Assembly (NCBI GenBank): GCA_026914245.1
Contig: CP110439.1
Span: forward strand, 2,976,001 to 3,040,000
Reading direction: 5' to 3'
Origin: Puccinia triticina
Taxonomy: Eukaryota
DNA length: 64,000 nucleotides
The notes under the pieces were generated by a model. That model did not search any database and was not told the origin of the DNA. It saw only the letters and a list, made by a program, of their open reading frames with translations. Position 1 is the first letter of the stretch. Each line of letters opens with the position of its first letter. The position numbers were made by a program, and so were the translations under genes. This document shows, piece by piece, positions 26,937 through 40,000 of the stretch.

Positions 26937-28792
26937 ATGGATTCGCTACTAATATTCCAGATTTGGTTCGTATGGATTGTCCCAGCATTTTTGAGGGCAG
27001 CTCCACTCAGTCCGAAGTCGCTCGTTGGTCTCCCAGACTCGACTTTCCTTGAAGCATCACGAAGCTATTCTGATGTGCGAGCCGTAAATATCGAACTTTC
27101 TGGATCCAACTCAATAGCAACATCAAAATTAGCCCCCAATGACTTGAGAAAACCAATCCTTCTTGGCAAAGAAAACCCGGTCCCTGCCTCAGGATCAGAA
27201 AGCTATCGACTGTTGAAAGAGAGCTCTACTTTGGAGACCGAAGAAAACCCATCCAGAAAATTGAAACCACCTCCATCGCAGAATCAGAAAGCCATATCGG
27301 ATGAAGTCATGAGATCATCAAAACCCGAGCCTCCGGATAAGCTGGAGCACTCGGGCCCATCTGAACCTTTCAAAGGCAATCTTAAAAATAAACACTGTGA
27401 GCATTCATTTCGAAATCGAAACTCCAAATAATTTTGAGATTCAGATTATTGAGCACTCCTGTCTTGATCTGGGATCTCTAGTACTCAAGCAACTATTCAA
27501 AAAACTTCATAACTTTTTTGCAAGACGCCTCACACAAGTCAAACAATACTTCCATCGTGTTCATGGTCAGTGAATAAATATTCCTCCTAAGATGAAGTAT
27601 CAAATAATAATAGGGAAAATAAAGCTCTGATTTTGTTAACTCATGCTTTAAAATTTGACAACAGCTTCAAATAATTTTGGGGAACAGGTAAAAAACAACA
27701 GACACGGAAATTTTGATGCCATTAAACTGTTTCCTGCTCCAGTGGAAAAAGTGGAACTGATTGATAGAAAATTTGAGTCTATTGAAGGGATTCCTTCTCT
27801 GATCAAAAAAATGGGACTAATTGATGATTCAAGTGGAAAAGAAGCACTTCCAGTCCACCATGTGGGTGAAATTGATGGTGAGAAATCCTGTTCATCAGCT
27901 TGGGAAACAAAATATAAAACTGCACATGCATGATTCCATCATTGACCATTCAATATGTAGCTTCTCTATCAGATTCATATTTATCAAGACTGAAGGCCAT
28001 CCCATCATATACCTGGAGCTTTCTATATGATAAGGCTAAAACCTTTGTGCCTGAGCGTTTTGGTTAGTTAGAAAAGATGTCTAAATACAATCATTGCATG
28101 AGGCAAGAGCTGAGGGACTAAATCACTTTGTTTAATCATTTTTCCCATTCAGTTTCACCCAAGGAAAAGGCACCCCAGGGAATATGCAAATCATGTCAAA
28201 ATTTGGCATCTAGAGTTCCTTCCTCAAAAGACTCAGATGCAACAGTTAAGCAAGCTTTAGGTGTGCACTGATTTTTTCTTCTGGATAGTAATAAAAGCAG
28301 AACTAAAACAGGTCTCAAATATTCAACAGTTGGAAACAATTTGGTTAAAAAAATTCCAGATTCAGAAAAGATTCTTCCAAGTAAGGTTCTTTATCTAATC
28401 TTTAAAATAAAAAAATGCGCCCATAAGGTGAACAGTTTGCCAGGAAGTGTGGAAGTTCTCTTCAAATTAACAAGATTTTATTTCTTCAAAAACTGCTGTG
28501 TTCTTTAGTGCAAATATTTCAACAAGAATTACAGAAGTTCCTGCGTTTACAAATAGAGAGGCAACTTGAAAAACAAGCAACACCAGAGAAAATTAATCGC
28601 ATGTTAAACAAAGCCAAGACAAAATCAATATGGATCAAATGGGCCATCAAAATTACACCACAAAGACTGTCAAATTGGTTCATAACAAAAAAAGGTGTTC
28701 CCAATGCTTCAAAACTTCTAGCATACTTGGCAACTTCAAAAATTATGAAGTATTTGCCAGATCTAGGCCATAGGTTAAATCAACTAGCTTGA
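26937..28792 (+). CDS. Candidate secreted protein, about 433 aa, 7 exons
   Basis: Signal-peptide-like MDSLLIFQIWFVWIVPAFLRAAP; exons 26937-27396, 27482-27565, 27665-27877, 27961-28062, 28153-28260, 28330-28380, 28509-28792 give an open 1302-nt frame. Confidence 0.75.
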
Positions 28793-29101
28793 GGATGTTC
28801 TTCAAATTAAATAAATGCAATGGTATGCATGCTGTGGCTCTAGATTAAAATGAAAGGGGGATTTAAGCTGACAGAAAACCAAAATCAGCTTTAGATTCAA
28901 TAGAGGATGGACTACTTGAATGCAGGGACAATTGGTTTTTCTGGAAAAGTGAAAATAACAATATTTAAGGTTTCAAAAATGATTTTTTTCTATGCTTTGA
29001 AACAAGCAAAAAATAAGTTCTACTCAGCACTGAATCCACAGCTTTTTCTATCCTGTTTTTTCCCTTTCTTTGATTTTTGTGGGGTTTTCTAATAAATTAT
29101 T

Positions 29102-29858
29102 TGGACTTACTTCGCGCACTGCAAAAAGCTCTTCGCGCACTGTGCAGTGCGCAAAGTTTGCAAACACTTCGCGCACTGCGCGTGAAGGGCGCAACTTTTT
29201 CAAATTATTTTTTGACCAATCAATAGACAAGCTTATTATTGTCCTCTGTGAATTTATTTGGATTTTTTTGAAGCTTCCTTGTATGCTTAAAAATCCCACC
29301 AATAAAAAAAACAAGTACAGCCATTTGGGGACCTGGAATTCATATTCCCACAGGCCAAAAATCCAAATAATTTAGTGAATCATATTAAATATGTATCCAA
29401 AAGTTTTAGAACTTTTTGGCCACTTTGTACAAGGACAAGGCTTTCAAAAACCAGTAACTTTTTCTCAAGATATGCCAAAATGCGCCAGTAAGTGGTGAAC
29501 TTTCCTAATTTTTGAAAGCCTTATTCTTGCACAAAGTGGCCAAAAAAATCTAGAAAGTTCGAATTCATATGTATCATGATTCACTAAATTATTTGGATTT
29601 TTTGACTGGTGGGAATATGGATTCCAGGTCCCCAAGTGACTGTACTTGTTCTTTTTATTGGTGGAATTTTTAAGCATACAGAGAAGCTTCAAAAAACTCC
29701 AGATAAATTCCCAGAGGACAACAATAAGCTTTTCTATTGATTGGTCAAAAAATAATTTGAAAAAGCTGCGCCCTTCATGCGCAGTGCGCGAAGTGTTTGC
29801 AAACTTCGCGCACTGCACAGTGCGCGAAGAGCTTTGCACAGTGTGCGAAGTGAGTCTG
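29102..29858. mobile_element. Foldback non-autonomous element with about 360-bp inverted arms (Tc1/mariner-like end)
   Basis: Arms share TTCGCGCACTG subrepeats; right end GAGTCTG followed by TA; left end degenerate. Confidence 0.8.
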
Positions 29859-30538
29859 TAAATTATTTTGCTTCCTTCCTTTCATTCATTGTAATGTTGT
29901 TTTTTTGGATAGACTAAAGTGTTGTTGTCACTTGGTGCAAGATGATGGTTGGGAATTTATGACAAAATGAAGAAGAATGAGGTTTGAAAGGACTAAAATC
30001 ATCTTCACCACTGTAGATCCTCTTGTTCACATATCAGATGGACAGCTTCCTGTGCTGTTCCAGGTTTTTCCTTACACAATCAATATCTGCAGATCTGAAA
30101 TTACATATACACTCTTCATGCCCAGAGCAGTACAAATACATACACCCTTCCAGTGTTATGAGCCATGGCACGGGCTCCGCAGCGCAGGCTTTCATGTACA
30201 TAGCTTACACATACATGTCACATGCAGCACTCTCAAGGTTCAAGAGCCTGGAGATCCCAGACTGCTTCCTCATCCTGCAATCTACCATCTTGGATCCAGA
30301 ACCTCCAGATATCCACTCCACAGATCCTCTCTTCCTCTCCTAAAGACTTGACCATAACATACAATCACATCTGTCAAAAGAACAATACCTCCCTATGGTC
30401 TCTCAATGGTTGCCACATAAATGGAATCTTGATCAATACACTTATACTCTTGTATACGGATGGTCAGTCCTGGCCATTGACAAAAACTCACCACATACAT
30501 GATACAGTCATGATCAAGTGAAACATAATGCACTCTGG

Positions 30539-30927
30539 CAACAAAGGGTAGTTACGCTACGCGTAACGCGTAGATAACGGTAATGTAGCAAAATTTTTGT
30601 TGTTATCTACGCGTTACGCGTAACGGCAGTGCGATTACGTTATTGCAACACGTTGAGCCAGTTTTTTTTATGCTCGTTGCGTTATCTGGGCGCGCAGAGC
30701 CCTTGAGAACGGGCAAAAAATGAGGCTAAAAAGCCTTAAATGGTCCGTTATCGCGTTATCCGGGGGATAACGCGATAACGGGCCTCATTTTTGAGGCCCG
30801 TTACGTTATGCGCGGGGCCTGAAATGACCCCGTTACTAGTAAAGTAACGGGGGGCCCCGGATAACGGGGGTAGTTACGTTACCAAAATTGCGCGGATAAC
30901 GCAACGTAACGTAACTACCCTTCGTTG
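30539..30927. mobile_element. MITE with CAAC...GTTG ends and 7-bp TSD
   Basis: TIR CAAC(A/G)AAGGGTAGTTACG; TSD ACTCTGG; many GTTACG/CGTAAC subterminal motifs. Confidence 0.85.
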
Positions 30928-31369
30928 ACTCTGGATAACTACAAAAACTGGACCTTGAGAGGAGTTTGAACTTTGATTACTGGTCTGCCATTGATGAAAG
31001 TTCATCACCTGCCATCAAAAAAAAAAAACACTGCAATATATATACTCTCATCTTCAGGAACTGAACAGCCATCAAGAAGGGTGCATATCAGTGGCAATTC
31101 AGTAGCCACAATTTAGAGTAATACACTACCTTCCTGATGGCTGTTGCAGACTAGCCATCAAAGGGAGAATGTTTCTTGCAATGGCAGAGATGGCAAGTGC
31201 AAGTGAAAGTAGTAACAAATGGTATTTAATTCTCTCACCAACTGGTAATTAGAGATGGCACTTGGGTACCCAGCACCCGCCAGCAGGTAACTGGAACACC
31301 CACTCAGCACCAGCCGGCAGGTGCGGGTGTTCATTTTTTGGGCAGGAAAAAAATGGGTACCCACCCATC

Positions 31370-32966
31370 CTGGTGGTTCAGATGGATTGGAGGGATTCCT
31401 CCGTTTGAAGAGGTGGGAGGTGTAAATACCACCTCAAGCTGAGTGATCCCTCTGACCAGGGGTGTGTACATGTCCTTGACTGGAGGAGTCCCTCTTGTCA
31501 AAAAGCTTGTGCACCTCTTTAACCAGAGGGATCCCTTCGGTCAAGGAGTTATGTGCACCCCTGGGGGATCCCTCCAGTTGAGGAGTTTGTTGGGTGGAGA
31601 GCTCAAAGGAATCGATAATCTCATTACATACAGATGGAATGAGTCTAAGTAGTATCTACAAGAGTCTGTGACAGGCCACGTAGTCGAGGTCACTGTACAT
31701 GTCATCTACATGTACCAACAGAGTTATGTACACCCCTTCAACTGGAGGGGATCCTTTGTCAGAGAGCTTTGTATACCTCTAAGGCCGGAGAGTTACCTCT
31801 GGCTGAGGAGGTGTACACTGGAGGGATCCAAAGTTTTGTACATTCTCCTTTACCGGAGGGATCCCCCCTGTTGAAGCTGTTGGAGTATGGCTGGAAGACA
31901 AGAGTGCAAAAACACAGTTCATGTACTTAGTCTAAAACCTAACAGGTGATACATACTCCGGGGGATTCACCTGGTTAGTTCGGTTAGTCACTATGTAGCC
32001 TGGATGTTCCCGCGCCCGCCTACAGTCTTTTCCTCACCGAGATTGGAGACAGGATCAGCAGCGCCAATAGCTGACACAACAGGACTGTTTCTTCCAGTTT
32101 AGTATTCTTTTCCGTGTTATCTTCATGCAATCAAAGACCAAGATTGGAGACGGGATCAGCAGCACCAATAGCTGACGCGACGGGACTGTTTTGTCCAGTG
32201 CTCATTTGCCTCTGGCATCTTACAGAAGTGTTGTACAACCTCCTTGGGGATCCCTCCGGTTGAAGCGGTGTACATCCCTCCTCAATCAGAGGGACTCTTC
32301 CAGTCAAAGAGGTATGTGCACCTCTTTGACTAGAGGCAACATAGGGTAGTTACGCTAAGTGTAACACGTAGATAACGGTAACGTAACGGAATTTCTGCCG
32401 TTATCTACGCGTTACGCGTAACATTGGTGCGATTACGTTATTGCACCACAGGAAGGCCCTTATTTTCATGTTATTTACATTATTGGGGCACACATGGCCC
32501 CTGATAACAAGCAAATATCAAGGCAAAAACAGCCTCCAATGGTCTGTTTTTGCGTTGGCCGCTGACATCAAGCAAATATTGAGGCGAAAACAGCCTTAAT
32601 CAGTCTGTTTTTGCGTTATCCAGAGGATAATGCGATAACGGGCCGCTTTTTCGAGGCCCGTTACGTTACACGCGGGGCTTAAAATGCCCCCGTTACAAGT
32701 AAAGTAACAGGGAGACCCGGGTAACAAGGGTAGTTACATTACCCAAAAACATCGGATAACGTAGAGTAACGTAACTACCCTTTGTTGCTAGAGGGCCGGG
32801 AGGAATCCCTGGATCAGTGACTATATTGATTACCAGGAGTATTCCTTCCCATTCATCAATCTACTCAATGGCTGGGAGGATCCCCTCCCGGTCATAAATG
32901 AGCTTGCTGACTGTGGGATTCCCTCCTGGTCATCAATGAGCTTGCTGACTGTGGGAATCCCTACGG
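31370..32966. repeat. Degenerate palindromic minisatellite region
   Basis: Recurrent TGACCGGAGGGATCCCTCCGGTCA-like and GAGGTGTACACCTC-like palindromes; continues at 44905-44950 after the Gypsy insertion. Confidence 0.65.
32337..32787. mobile_element. MITE, same family as 30539-30927
   Basis: CAACATAGGGTAGTTACG...GTAACTACCCTTTGTTG; 7-bp TSD CTAGAGG. Confidence 0.85.
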
Positions 32967-34490
32967 TGTGGTAGACGGAAAAGTGGAAAAATAAAAAGTT
33001 TTTTCTATGCCACATAATTACTCATACTAGGCCTCAAGATACCATCAAATGGACCCCAGAAATGGATTCTACGGCCAATTTCACCCCTAGCCATCACTGG
33101 AAGCACCCCTGGACCCCCTCTAGTATGGAAGTTACACCTCATGGACACATATCACACGGCCAGCCCCAGTAACCCAGCTGTCATCTGCCCCAACCCGAGT
33201 TTCACAGTAGTACACTTATACATATCACAGGATACAAACATACATCTCCCTGTCAGGCTACACTCATTACATATTAACTACATACACTCCTTTATATACA
33301 TAGTATGACATCATTTACACTGTTTCTGCAGCCTCAGACTTTGTGTATACACTAATTCCCCCTGTATGACAGCTCATGCAGTCTACTGTTACCTCATGCA
33401 TGCATTAGAATGTTCTGTTGTATATTCTGACACCATTCATGTGCCCCTGAGGGGTTATGACATCATTTGTATCTACTCCCACCAGCTAAAATCCCTCACC
33501 CTGTTGTCTAGATTAGCTGAAACCCTAACCCACAAGCCCCTCAGGGGCTCCCCTTTTGTCTATAAAAGGAGCTCTCTCCACCCCCAGTGGCCTGCTCCCC
33601 AGTTCCTCACCCAGAACTCACAAGTCACCCAACACTCATCCACACTCAAATCCTAAAACCCTTATAACAATAAATCAACCCTTATAACAACATTTCAACC
33701 CTTATAACAAAGTAATTGAAACACTTACACGTTGCCAGTCAAACAGATTTCATCTGGAACAGACCAGACCTATCACTTAATAAAACTTGCCAAGCTGAGC
33801 TTGGTGGGTCTTGTTGACTGATAACAGAAGGGCAGAGCTTGCAACTCCATCATACCCTTCACCATTCAGCAAAAGGGTTTCATTACCACTTTTGAGTCTT
33901 ACAAGGGAGTCCCCAACGTGATCGGATAATCTTGTTTGATCGACAACATTTCAACCAAAGAAAACCAGAAACCATCGTCTACGGATCTCAACCTCAAGCG
34001 GCGATGGGAATCAAATTCGTCAAACAAATCTATAACACTCAACGGCATATTCAGTTATTCTGTTGACAACTAGTCAACTTTTTGGACTATCTAAGGAACC
34101 AATTACGAACCTCTGAAAAGAACACATAACTACCTAACCTGAAAGGAGTGTTTCGAAGGAAGCGGCTAATTATATACTGGAAGACGGTGTGTAGTACCTA
34201 AGGATTCAGATAATTAGATACTGTTAGAAGAAAACTCTGGAGCCCACTCAAAGGAAGCAGCCAATTATATACTGAACGACGGTGTGTAGTACCTAAGGAT
34301 TCAGATAATTAGGATACTGTTTGAAGAACCCTCCCAGGACGGTAAAGTTATTTTAGATATTAGAAAGAAACCCCCAATTTGCCCTGGTAAAGAAACCAGA
34401 GACCATATATTATTGTTTCTTTTTCAGAGCACAGTAAAAGTTAACGAACGATCGTCATATTAAGAAAACTAGGATTCAACAAGAATCAAC

Positions 34491-37013
34491 ATGAGTTTAC
34501 CCTTCAGTACATTAGAAATGGGAGAAGGATTTGCTTCAAGTACCCCTTTAAGGAGCAGACCATTGGCAGGAACTTCAGGATTACTTTGGCCAAGCGATGC
34601 CACAAACAATCCACCACCACCACCTAGGAAAGACAAAGGAAAGGGTCCAGAAAATCACTTCAGAGATCCTGCTGATGAAGAAATGTCAGATTCAGATGAA
34701 ACTCAAAATAACCCACCAAGAAATAATACCCCAAGACAACAACCGACCGGTTATGGGATTCATAACACTGAAAACAACCAAGAAAATATGTATCATCCTA
34801 ATTTTCAACAACAACAACAACAACCTCAAATTCCAGTTCAGCAACCTCAGCCAATATACGTCTATACCCAACCTGAGCACTCAAACAAACCTAACATCAT
34901 CAGGAACGAAGAAGGGCTTTACTATGATGGGAGTCAGTTCATGAAGTTTCTACATCGGTTTGAACGGGTAGCCTATGGGTATGGTGCCACGGATCGTGAG
35001 AAAGCAATTCAGATACCACGGCTTATACGAACAGAAGAACTGAAGTGCGAACTCGAGGAAATGGAGGGGTATGAAGAATACGACTGGACCAAACTGCGAG
35101 CTGACATGGTCAAAACCTGGGGCGAGTTAGATAACACCATTATGTACACCACAGAAGACCTCATAAAACTGGCCAAGCAGCAATCAAAGTCAGGAATCTC
35201 AACCCATCGAGAATACAAAGAATATCTTGGAAAATTCACCAAAATCCTCAAGTACCTAGTCAAAAACGAACATGTTAGCAAGAAAGACGAAGCTGGGGGA
35301 CTGTTCTTAAGTGCCTTCCCAATGGAAAGTCAAAGAAGTGTTAAACGCATTCTAGTTAGCAAGGATCAGCTTCCAAAAGCTAAGGATGGCAGTAACAAAG
35401 CACCAAAATGGGAAGACTTGATAGCGGCTGCTGAAACAGAAGTTCGTGTGGACGATAGCGTATGTACCAATTTCTCAAGTTTCTCTGAGTCAAACCGGAC
35501 GATGCAGAAAGAATTGGACCACAAGAGAGGGGATGGCAAACGACGCGAGCAGATGCTGAAAGAAACTCCAAATGAAAAAATAGTGGACCAAAAGTTTCAG
35601 GACATGCAACAAGAACTAGCTGCACTCAAAAGCCAGGTTCGAAGCAGCTTACCCACAAACTATAATAGGCAAGGTCCCTCAGACAAACAGGACTTTTATC
35701 GGGGTAACACTCAACCATCCACCCCGGTGTACAACACTCTGGTCTGTTATTATTGCAAACGTGAAGGGCACTCCACAGCCAGATGTCCAGAATATCTCAA
35801 AGATGAGGAACAAGGGCTGGTCAAGCGAAATGGGAAGGATTGGTTCCTACCAGACGGTCAGCACATACCTTGGATACCCTCCAGACCAATACGCTCCGTA
35901 GTGGCTGGTGCATCAGCAGATCCTAACATGCAAGAAGCTATACAAAGGTTAGCAAAATCCCAACAAGAAGGAAAGGGTAACACCCCAACAATGAAAGCCT
36001 CAGTACAAACCATCCATTGGAGCCCACCTACTCTAGGCGCTGAGAACTTCATAAAAGTCCATCCTATCACTAGGTCAGAAGCTCAGAAGGGTAGACGTGG
36101 GGTCAGGATCCAAGAACCGGAGCAGGAAGCCATGGATATTGATCATGAAGAGGAGGAATTGGATAACACTCCAAAGGACACTCCAAAAAAGACACCTGAG
36201 AAAGTTTGGAGCCAAGAACGGGTACCAACAATCCTGAAGAAGGACTCACCTGAGGAAGCACTACTACAGGACTTGGATAATGTGAAAATCCCTACCACCT
36301 TTGCACAGCTAACGGCAATATCCCCCTCGTACGCAGAGAAAGTCATAGCCAGGTTGCAGGAACGCCTTCCCGGAAAAAGCACTTCTACAACTTATATTAA
36401 GACAGAGGCAACTAACATAGCAGCACCAATGACCATACCTGCGGAAGATGAAGATCTCTCAGATCCCTGCTACTACAGTTGTGCCCTGGGATATGTAACT
36501 GCAGAAGTTGGGGGAGAAAAAGTAGACTTCATGGTGGATTCAGGATCCATGGTCAATGTCATTCCTCGATCGGTAGCGGAAGATTTAGCGCTGGAATCAG
36601 TAATAGTGAACATACCAATGCAAGGTGTGGGTGGAGCAAGATGTGACATAACAGGAGTAGTGGAAAACTGTTTGATACAAATTGGTCGATTCTCCGGGCC
36701 AGCACATCTTTTCATATCACCAAAGGCTCAAGATTGCATTCTAGGACGACCTTTCCTCTTTGACCACGGATGTACCTTGGAATACCATGAAACAGGAGAA
36801 ACACTCACTTTCCAGGGAAGCAAAGGAAGACGAATTTCAGTACCATTGGCACGAACTGGGCAAGGAAGAGGCTGGGATAATCGAAAGAACCTTAGTACAA
36901 ATGTCATCAGGCCTGCTCCTCCATCGGATCCGCTCCAAGAGGAAGGCGAAGAACATCGCATGTTCAAAAAGAAATCAACTCAGCATTTTTTAGAACTTCC
37001 GGTGGCCATCTAG
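34491..37013 (+). CDS. gag: Gag-protease polyprotein (840 aa)
   Basis: CCHC knuckle CYYCKREGHSTARC; aspartic protease FMVDSGS...ILGRPFL. Confidence 0.92.
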   Translation: MSLPFSTLEMGEGFASSTPLRSRPLAGTSGLLWPSDATNNPPPPPRKDKGKGPENHFRDPADEEMSDSDETQNNPPRNNTPRQQPTGYGIHNTENNQENMYHPNFQQQQQQPQIPVQQPQPIYVYTQPEHSNKPNIIRNEEGLYYDGSQFMKFLHRFERVAYGYGATDREKAIQIPRLIRTEELKCELEEMEGYEEYDWTKLRADMVKTWGELDNTIMYTTEDLIKLAKQQSKSGISTHREYKEYLGKFTKILKYLVKNEHVSKKDEAGGLFLSAFPMESQRSVKRILVSKDQLPKAKDGSNKAPKWEDLIAAAETEVRVDDSVCTNFSSFSESNRTMQKELDHKRGDGKRREQMLKETPNEKIVDQKFQDMQQELAALKSQVRSSLPTNYNRQGPSDKQDFYRGNTQPSTPVYNTLVCYYCKREGHSTARCPEYLKDEEQGLVKRNGKDWFLPDGQHIPWIPSRPIRSVVAGASADPNMQEAIQRLAKSQQEGKGNTPTMKASVQTIHWSPPTLGAENFIKVHPITRSEAQKGRRGVRIQEPEQEAMDIDHEEEELDNTPKDTPKKTPEKVWSQERVPTILKKDSPEEALLQDLDNVKIPTTFAQLTAISPSYAEKVIARLQERLPGKSTSTTYIKTEATNIAAPMTIPAEDEDLSDPCYYSCALGYVTAEVGGEKVDFMVDSGSMVNVIPRSVAEDLALESVIVNIPMQGVGGARCDITGVVENCLIQIGRFSGPAHLFISPKAQDCILGRPFLFDHGCTLEYHETGETLTFQGSKGRRISVPLARTGQGRGWDNRKNLSTNVIRPAPPSDPLQEEGEEHRMFKKKSTQHFLELPVAI

Positions 37014-40000
37014 GGAGTAGCTCGCTTCAGCTAGTCAAGCGTGTTATGTCTTGGACACCGGTTTTCTTAGACTGGCTCAAATCTGTTTTTGTAAAATACT
37101 TCCAAAAGACATCAAGACAAACAGCTGTTTTACTGTTCAAACTCTTTTCAGTCAAAAAGAACATCCTTATTATGTTTTTTAAACTGTTAAAATTCTGCAG
37201 TGCCATAAAGAAAGGCTTACCGTTAAAATTCATTTCCAAAGGCACATCTGATTCCAAACCAGGTCTTTCCATCAACACCACAAGGATAAATCAACCGGAT
37301 AAGGACCGGCAGCAAATAGGAAAGTTACTCTCCAACAGGCTGGGATCGCTGTTTCAGGAGAAATTATGTCAAAGCTGGAAGGAGGGGAGTTTATGGTGCA
37401 TGACAAAGTACAAACCTGTGGCCAAGAAAGTTTGACCTATCAATCAACCTATTCCGCAGGCTTTGAATCCTCCACTACAAAGACCTCCACTTACTCGAGA
37501 TCCCTACAAAACGCCACTTACCCCAAATCCACCTGATTTTGAGCCTACAGCCAGGATTACGGAAGAACGCCTGAAGGTAGTTAACTTTGGACCAGAAGGA
37601 TGGCTTTGGGAGGAAGAACTGAAACTCTTCAAGCACGTGATTGTAATGCGAGAAAAAGCGGTGGCGTTCACTCCAGAGGAAAGAGGACTCCTGAAGCATT
37701 CGTACGGACTACCTTATGTCATACCCGTAGTTGATCACGTACCATGGCAAAAGAAGCCTATACCCATCCCAGCAGCAATCAAGGATGAATACGTGGAGCA
37801 AGTAAGGGAAAGGATACGAAATAAACTTTACGAACAATCCACATCCAGTTACTCCAGTCCAGTGTTCTGCGTGCTAAAACATGATGGGAAGCTGAGGATA
37901 GTTCATGATCTACAAGAAATGAATAAGGTCACCATCAAGGACGCAGGATTGCCCCCAGCAACAGAAGAATTTGTGGAATCATTTGCTGGACGTGCTTGCT
38001 ATGGACTAGGCGATATTATGGGGGGTTATGATGAAAGGGAATTAGCTCCAGAATCGAGACCTCTGACCACCTTTGATACTCCCCTGGGGAGATTCCAACT
38101 TACCAGACTTCCCCAAGGAGCCACCAATTCTGTAGCAGTATATCAGGGGCAAATGATGTGGATCCTTCAGGATGAAATACCTGATCATGTGGGTGTGTTC
38201 ATTGACGATGGAGGGATCAAAGGGCCCAAGTCCACATACAACGATGAGGTACTTGAAGAAAACCCAGGGATTCGACGTTTCATCTGGGAATACGCTCAGA
38301 CACTGGAAAGGGTTTTATTTCGAATTGAAGAAGCTGGACTCACAATATCGGGAAAGAAGTTTGCCTGCTGTGTGCCTGCCTTGGATATTGTTGGACATGT
38401 AGTCTGTAAAGAAGGGCGACGGGTTTCTATACAGAAAAAGAATAAGATAACCACTTGGCCAACTCCCAACAATGTCACAGAACTTCGAGGCTTCATGGGA
38501 ATAGTAACTTACGTCAGGATATTTGTGAAAAATCTGTCAGAAATTGCAGCCCCTCTTCGAAAGCTCACACGGAAGGATGAGGAATGGATCTGGGACAACA
38601 ATTGTGATTCGGCCTTCAACCAACTGAAGGAAATTATTGGAGAGGATATTACGCTGAAGAGACTGGACTATTCAAAAGAGGCGGGGCTCATTATTTTGGC
38701 CGTAGACTCTAGTTTTATTGCAGCAGGGGCGGTACTTTCACAACAGGAATTGGAAACAGGATTAAACCGACCAGTGTTATATGAATCAATTGTGTTTTCA
38801 CCCGTCAAGTCAAAATACTCTCAACCAAAACTAGAACTTTGCGGGGTTGCAAGAATTCTGAAGAAGCTGCAGACACTTCTGTGGGGCCAACACTTCGAGC
38901 TACAGGTGGATGCGCAATCATTGATACAGATGATTAACTCACCATCTCTCCCAAATGCACCAATGACAAGATGGGTAGCGTTCATTCAGCTGTTTTCATT
39001 TGACATGGTACATAAGCCTGGGAAAACCTTCACACTGCCGGATGCTCTGTCTAGGCGACCCATAAGTGAAGAAGAAGAGGAGTTTTACGAGGACGCAGAG
39101 GATTTTGATGAGGAGGCACCACTAATTAAAGCCTGCCTACAATTTAAAATAATGTCAACTTCAACGGAACTACTGGAATGGGAAACACCAGGATTCTGGA
39201 CAGACCTCAAATATTATCTGCAAACATTGAAGCAACCTTGTTCCATGGACTCGGATGAATTCCAAAAACTGAAAAGGAAGTCTGTCAATTATTTCATCCG
39301 AGACGGACGGCTTATGAGAAGGCACTCACCCATGCCACAACTAGTTATCTCCAAAATAGCTTACCAAAGTAAATTATTGCGAATGGTGCATGAAGAGCTT
39401 GGACACCGGGGGCTGGAGGAAACATATCAGCGACTAGTGTGCCGGTTCTGGTGGCCTAGTTTGAAGAAAAAGGTCAAATTATGGGTACAAAGCTGTGAGC
39501 CTTGTCAAAAGAGGGATCCACTAGTCCCACGAGAAATACGACACCCCACAGGGGAAAGCAGCTTATTTGGACGAGTGGCCCTGGATGTCTGTCATATTAA
39601 AGCAGGAAGATACAAATACTTGCTAGTGGCTCGTGACGACTTGTCTGGCTGGGTTGAAGCAGCTCCCTTGGTGAAACTGACAGCAGCAACCATTGGAAAA
39701 TTTCTCTTGGAAGAATGGGTCTACCGCTACGGTGCAATTAAAACGGTAACTGCAGACAATGGGCCTGAATTCAAGAATGAATTTATCAAAGCAGTGGAAA
39801 AAGTGGGAGCAGTATTCAAGCCACCTACCCCTTATTATCCGGAAGCAAATGGAATGATTGAGCGAGGTCACAGACCCATTAAAGACACCTTAATCAAAAT
39901 GTGCGGCGAATCTGGGGGAAAGTGGAGAGAATATCTACCTTTAGTCCTCTTTGCGGACAGAATTTCAACCAAGCGCACAACTGGATACTCACCTTACGAG

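Noticed and set aside
33366..33656. 96-aa ORF duplicated at 44367-44657
   Set aside because: Lies within the LTRs across the TATA region; no coding evidence.
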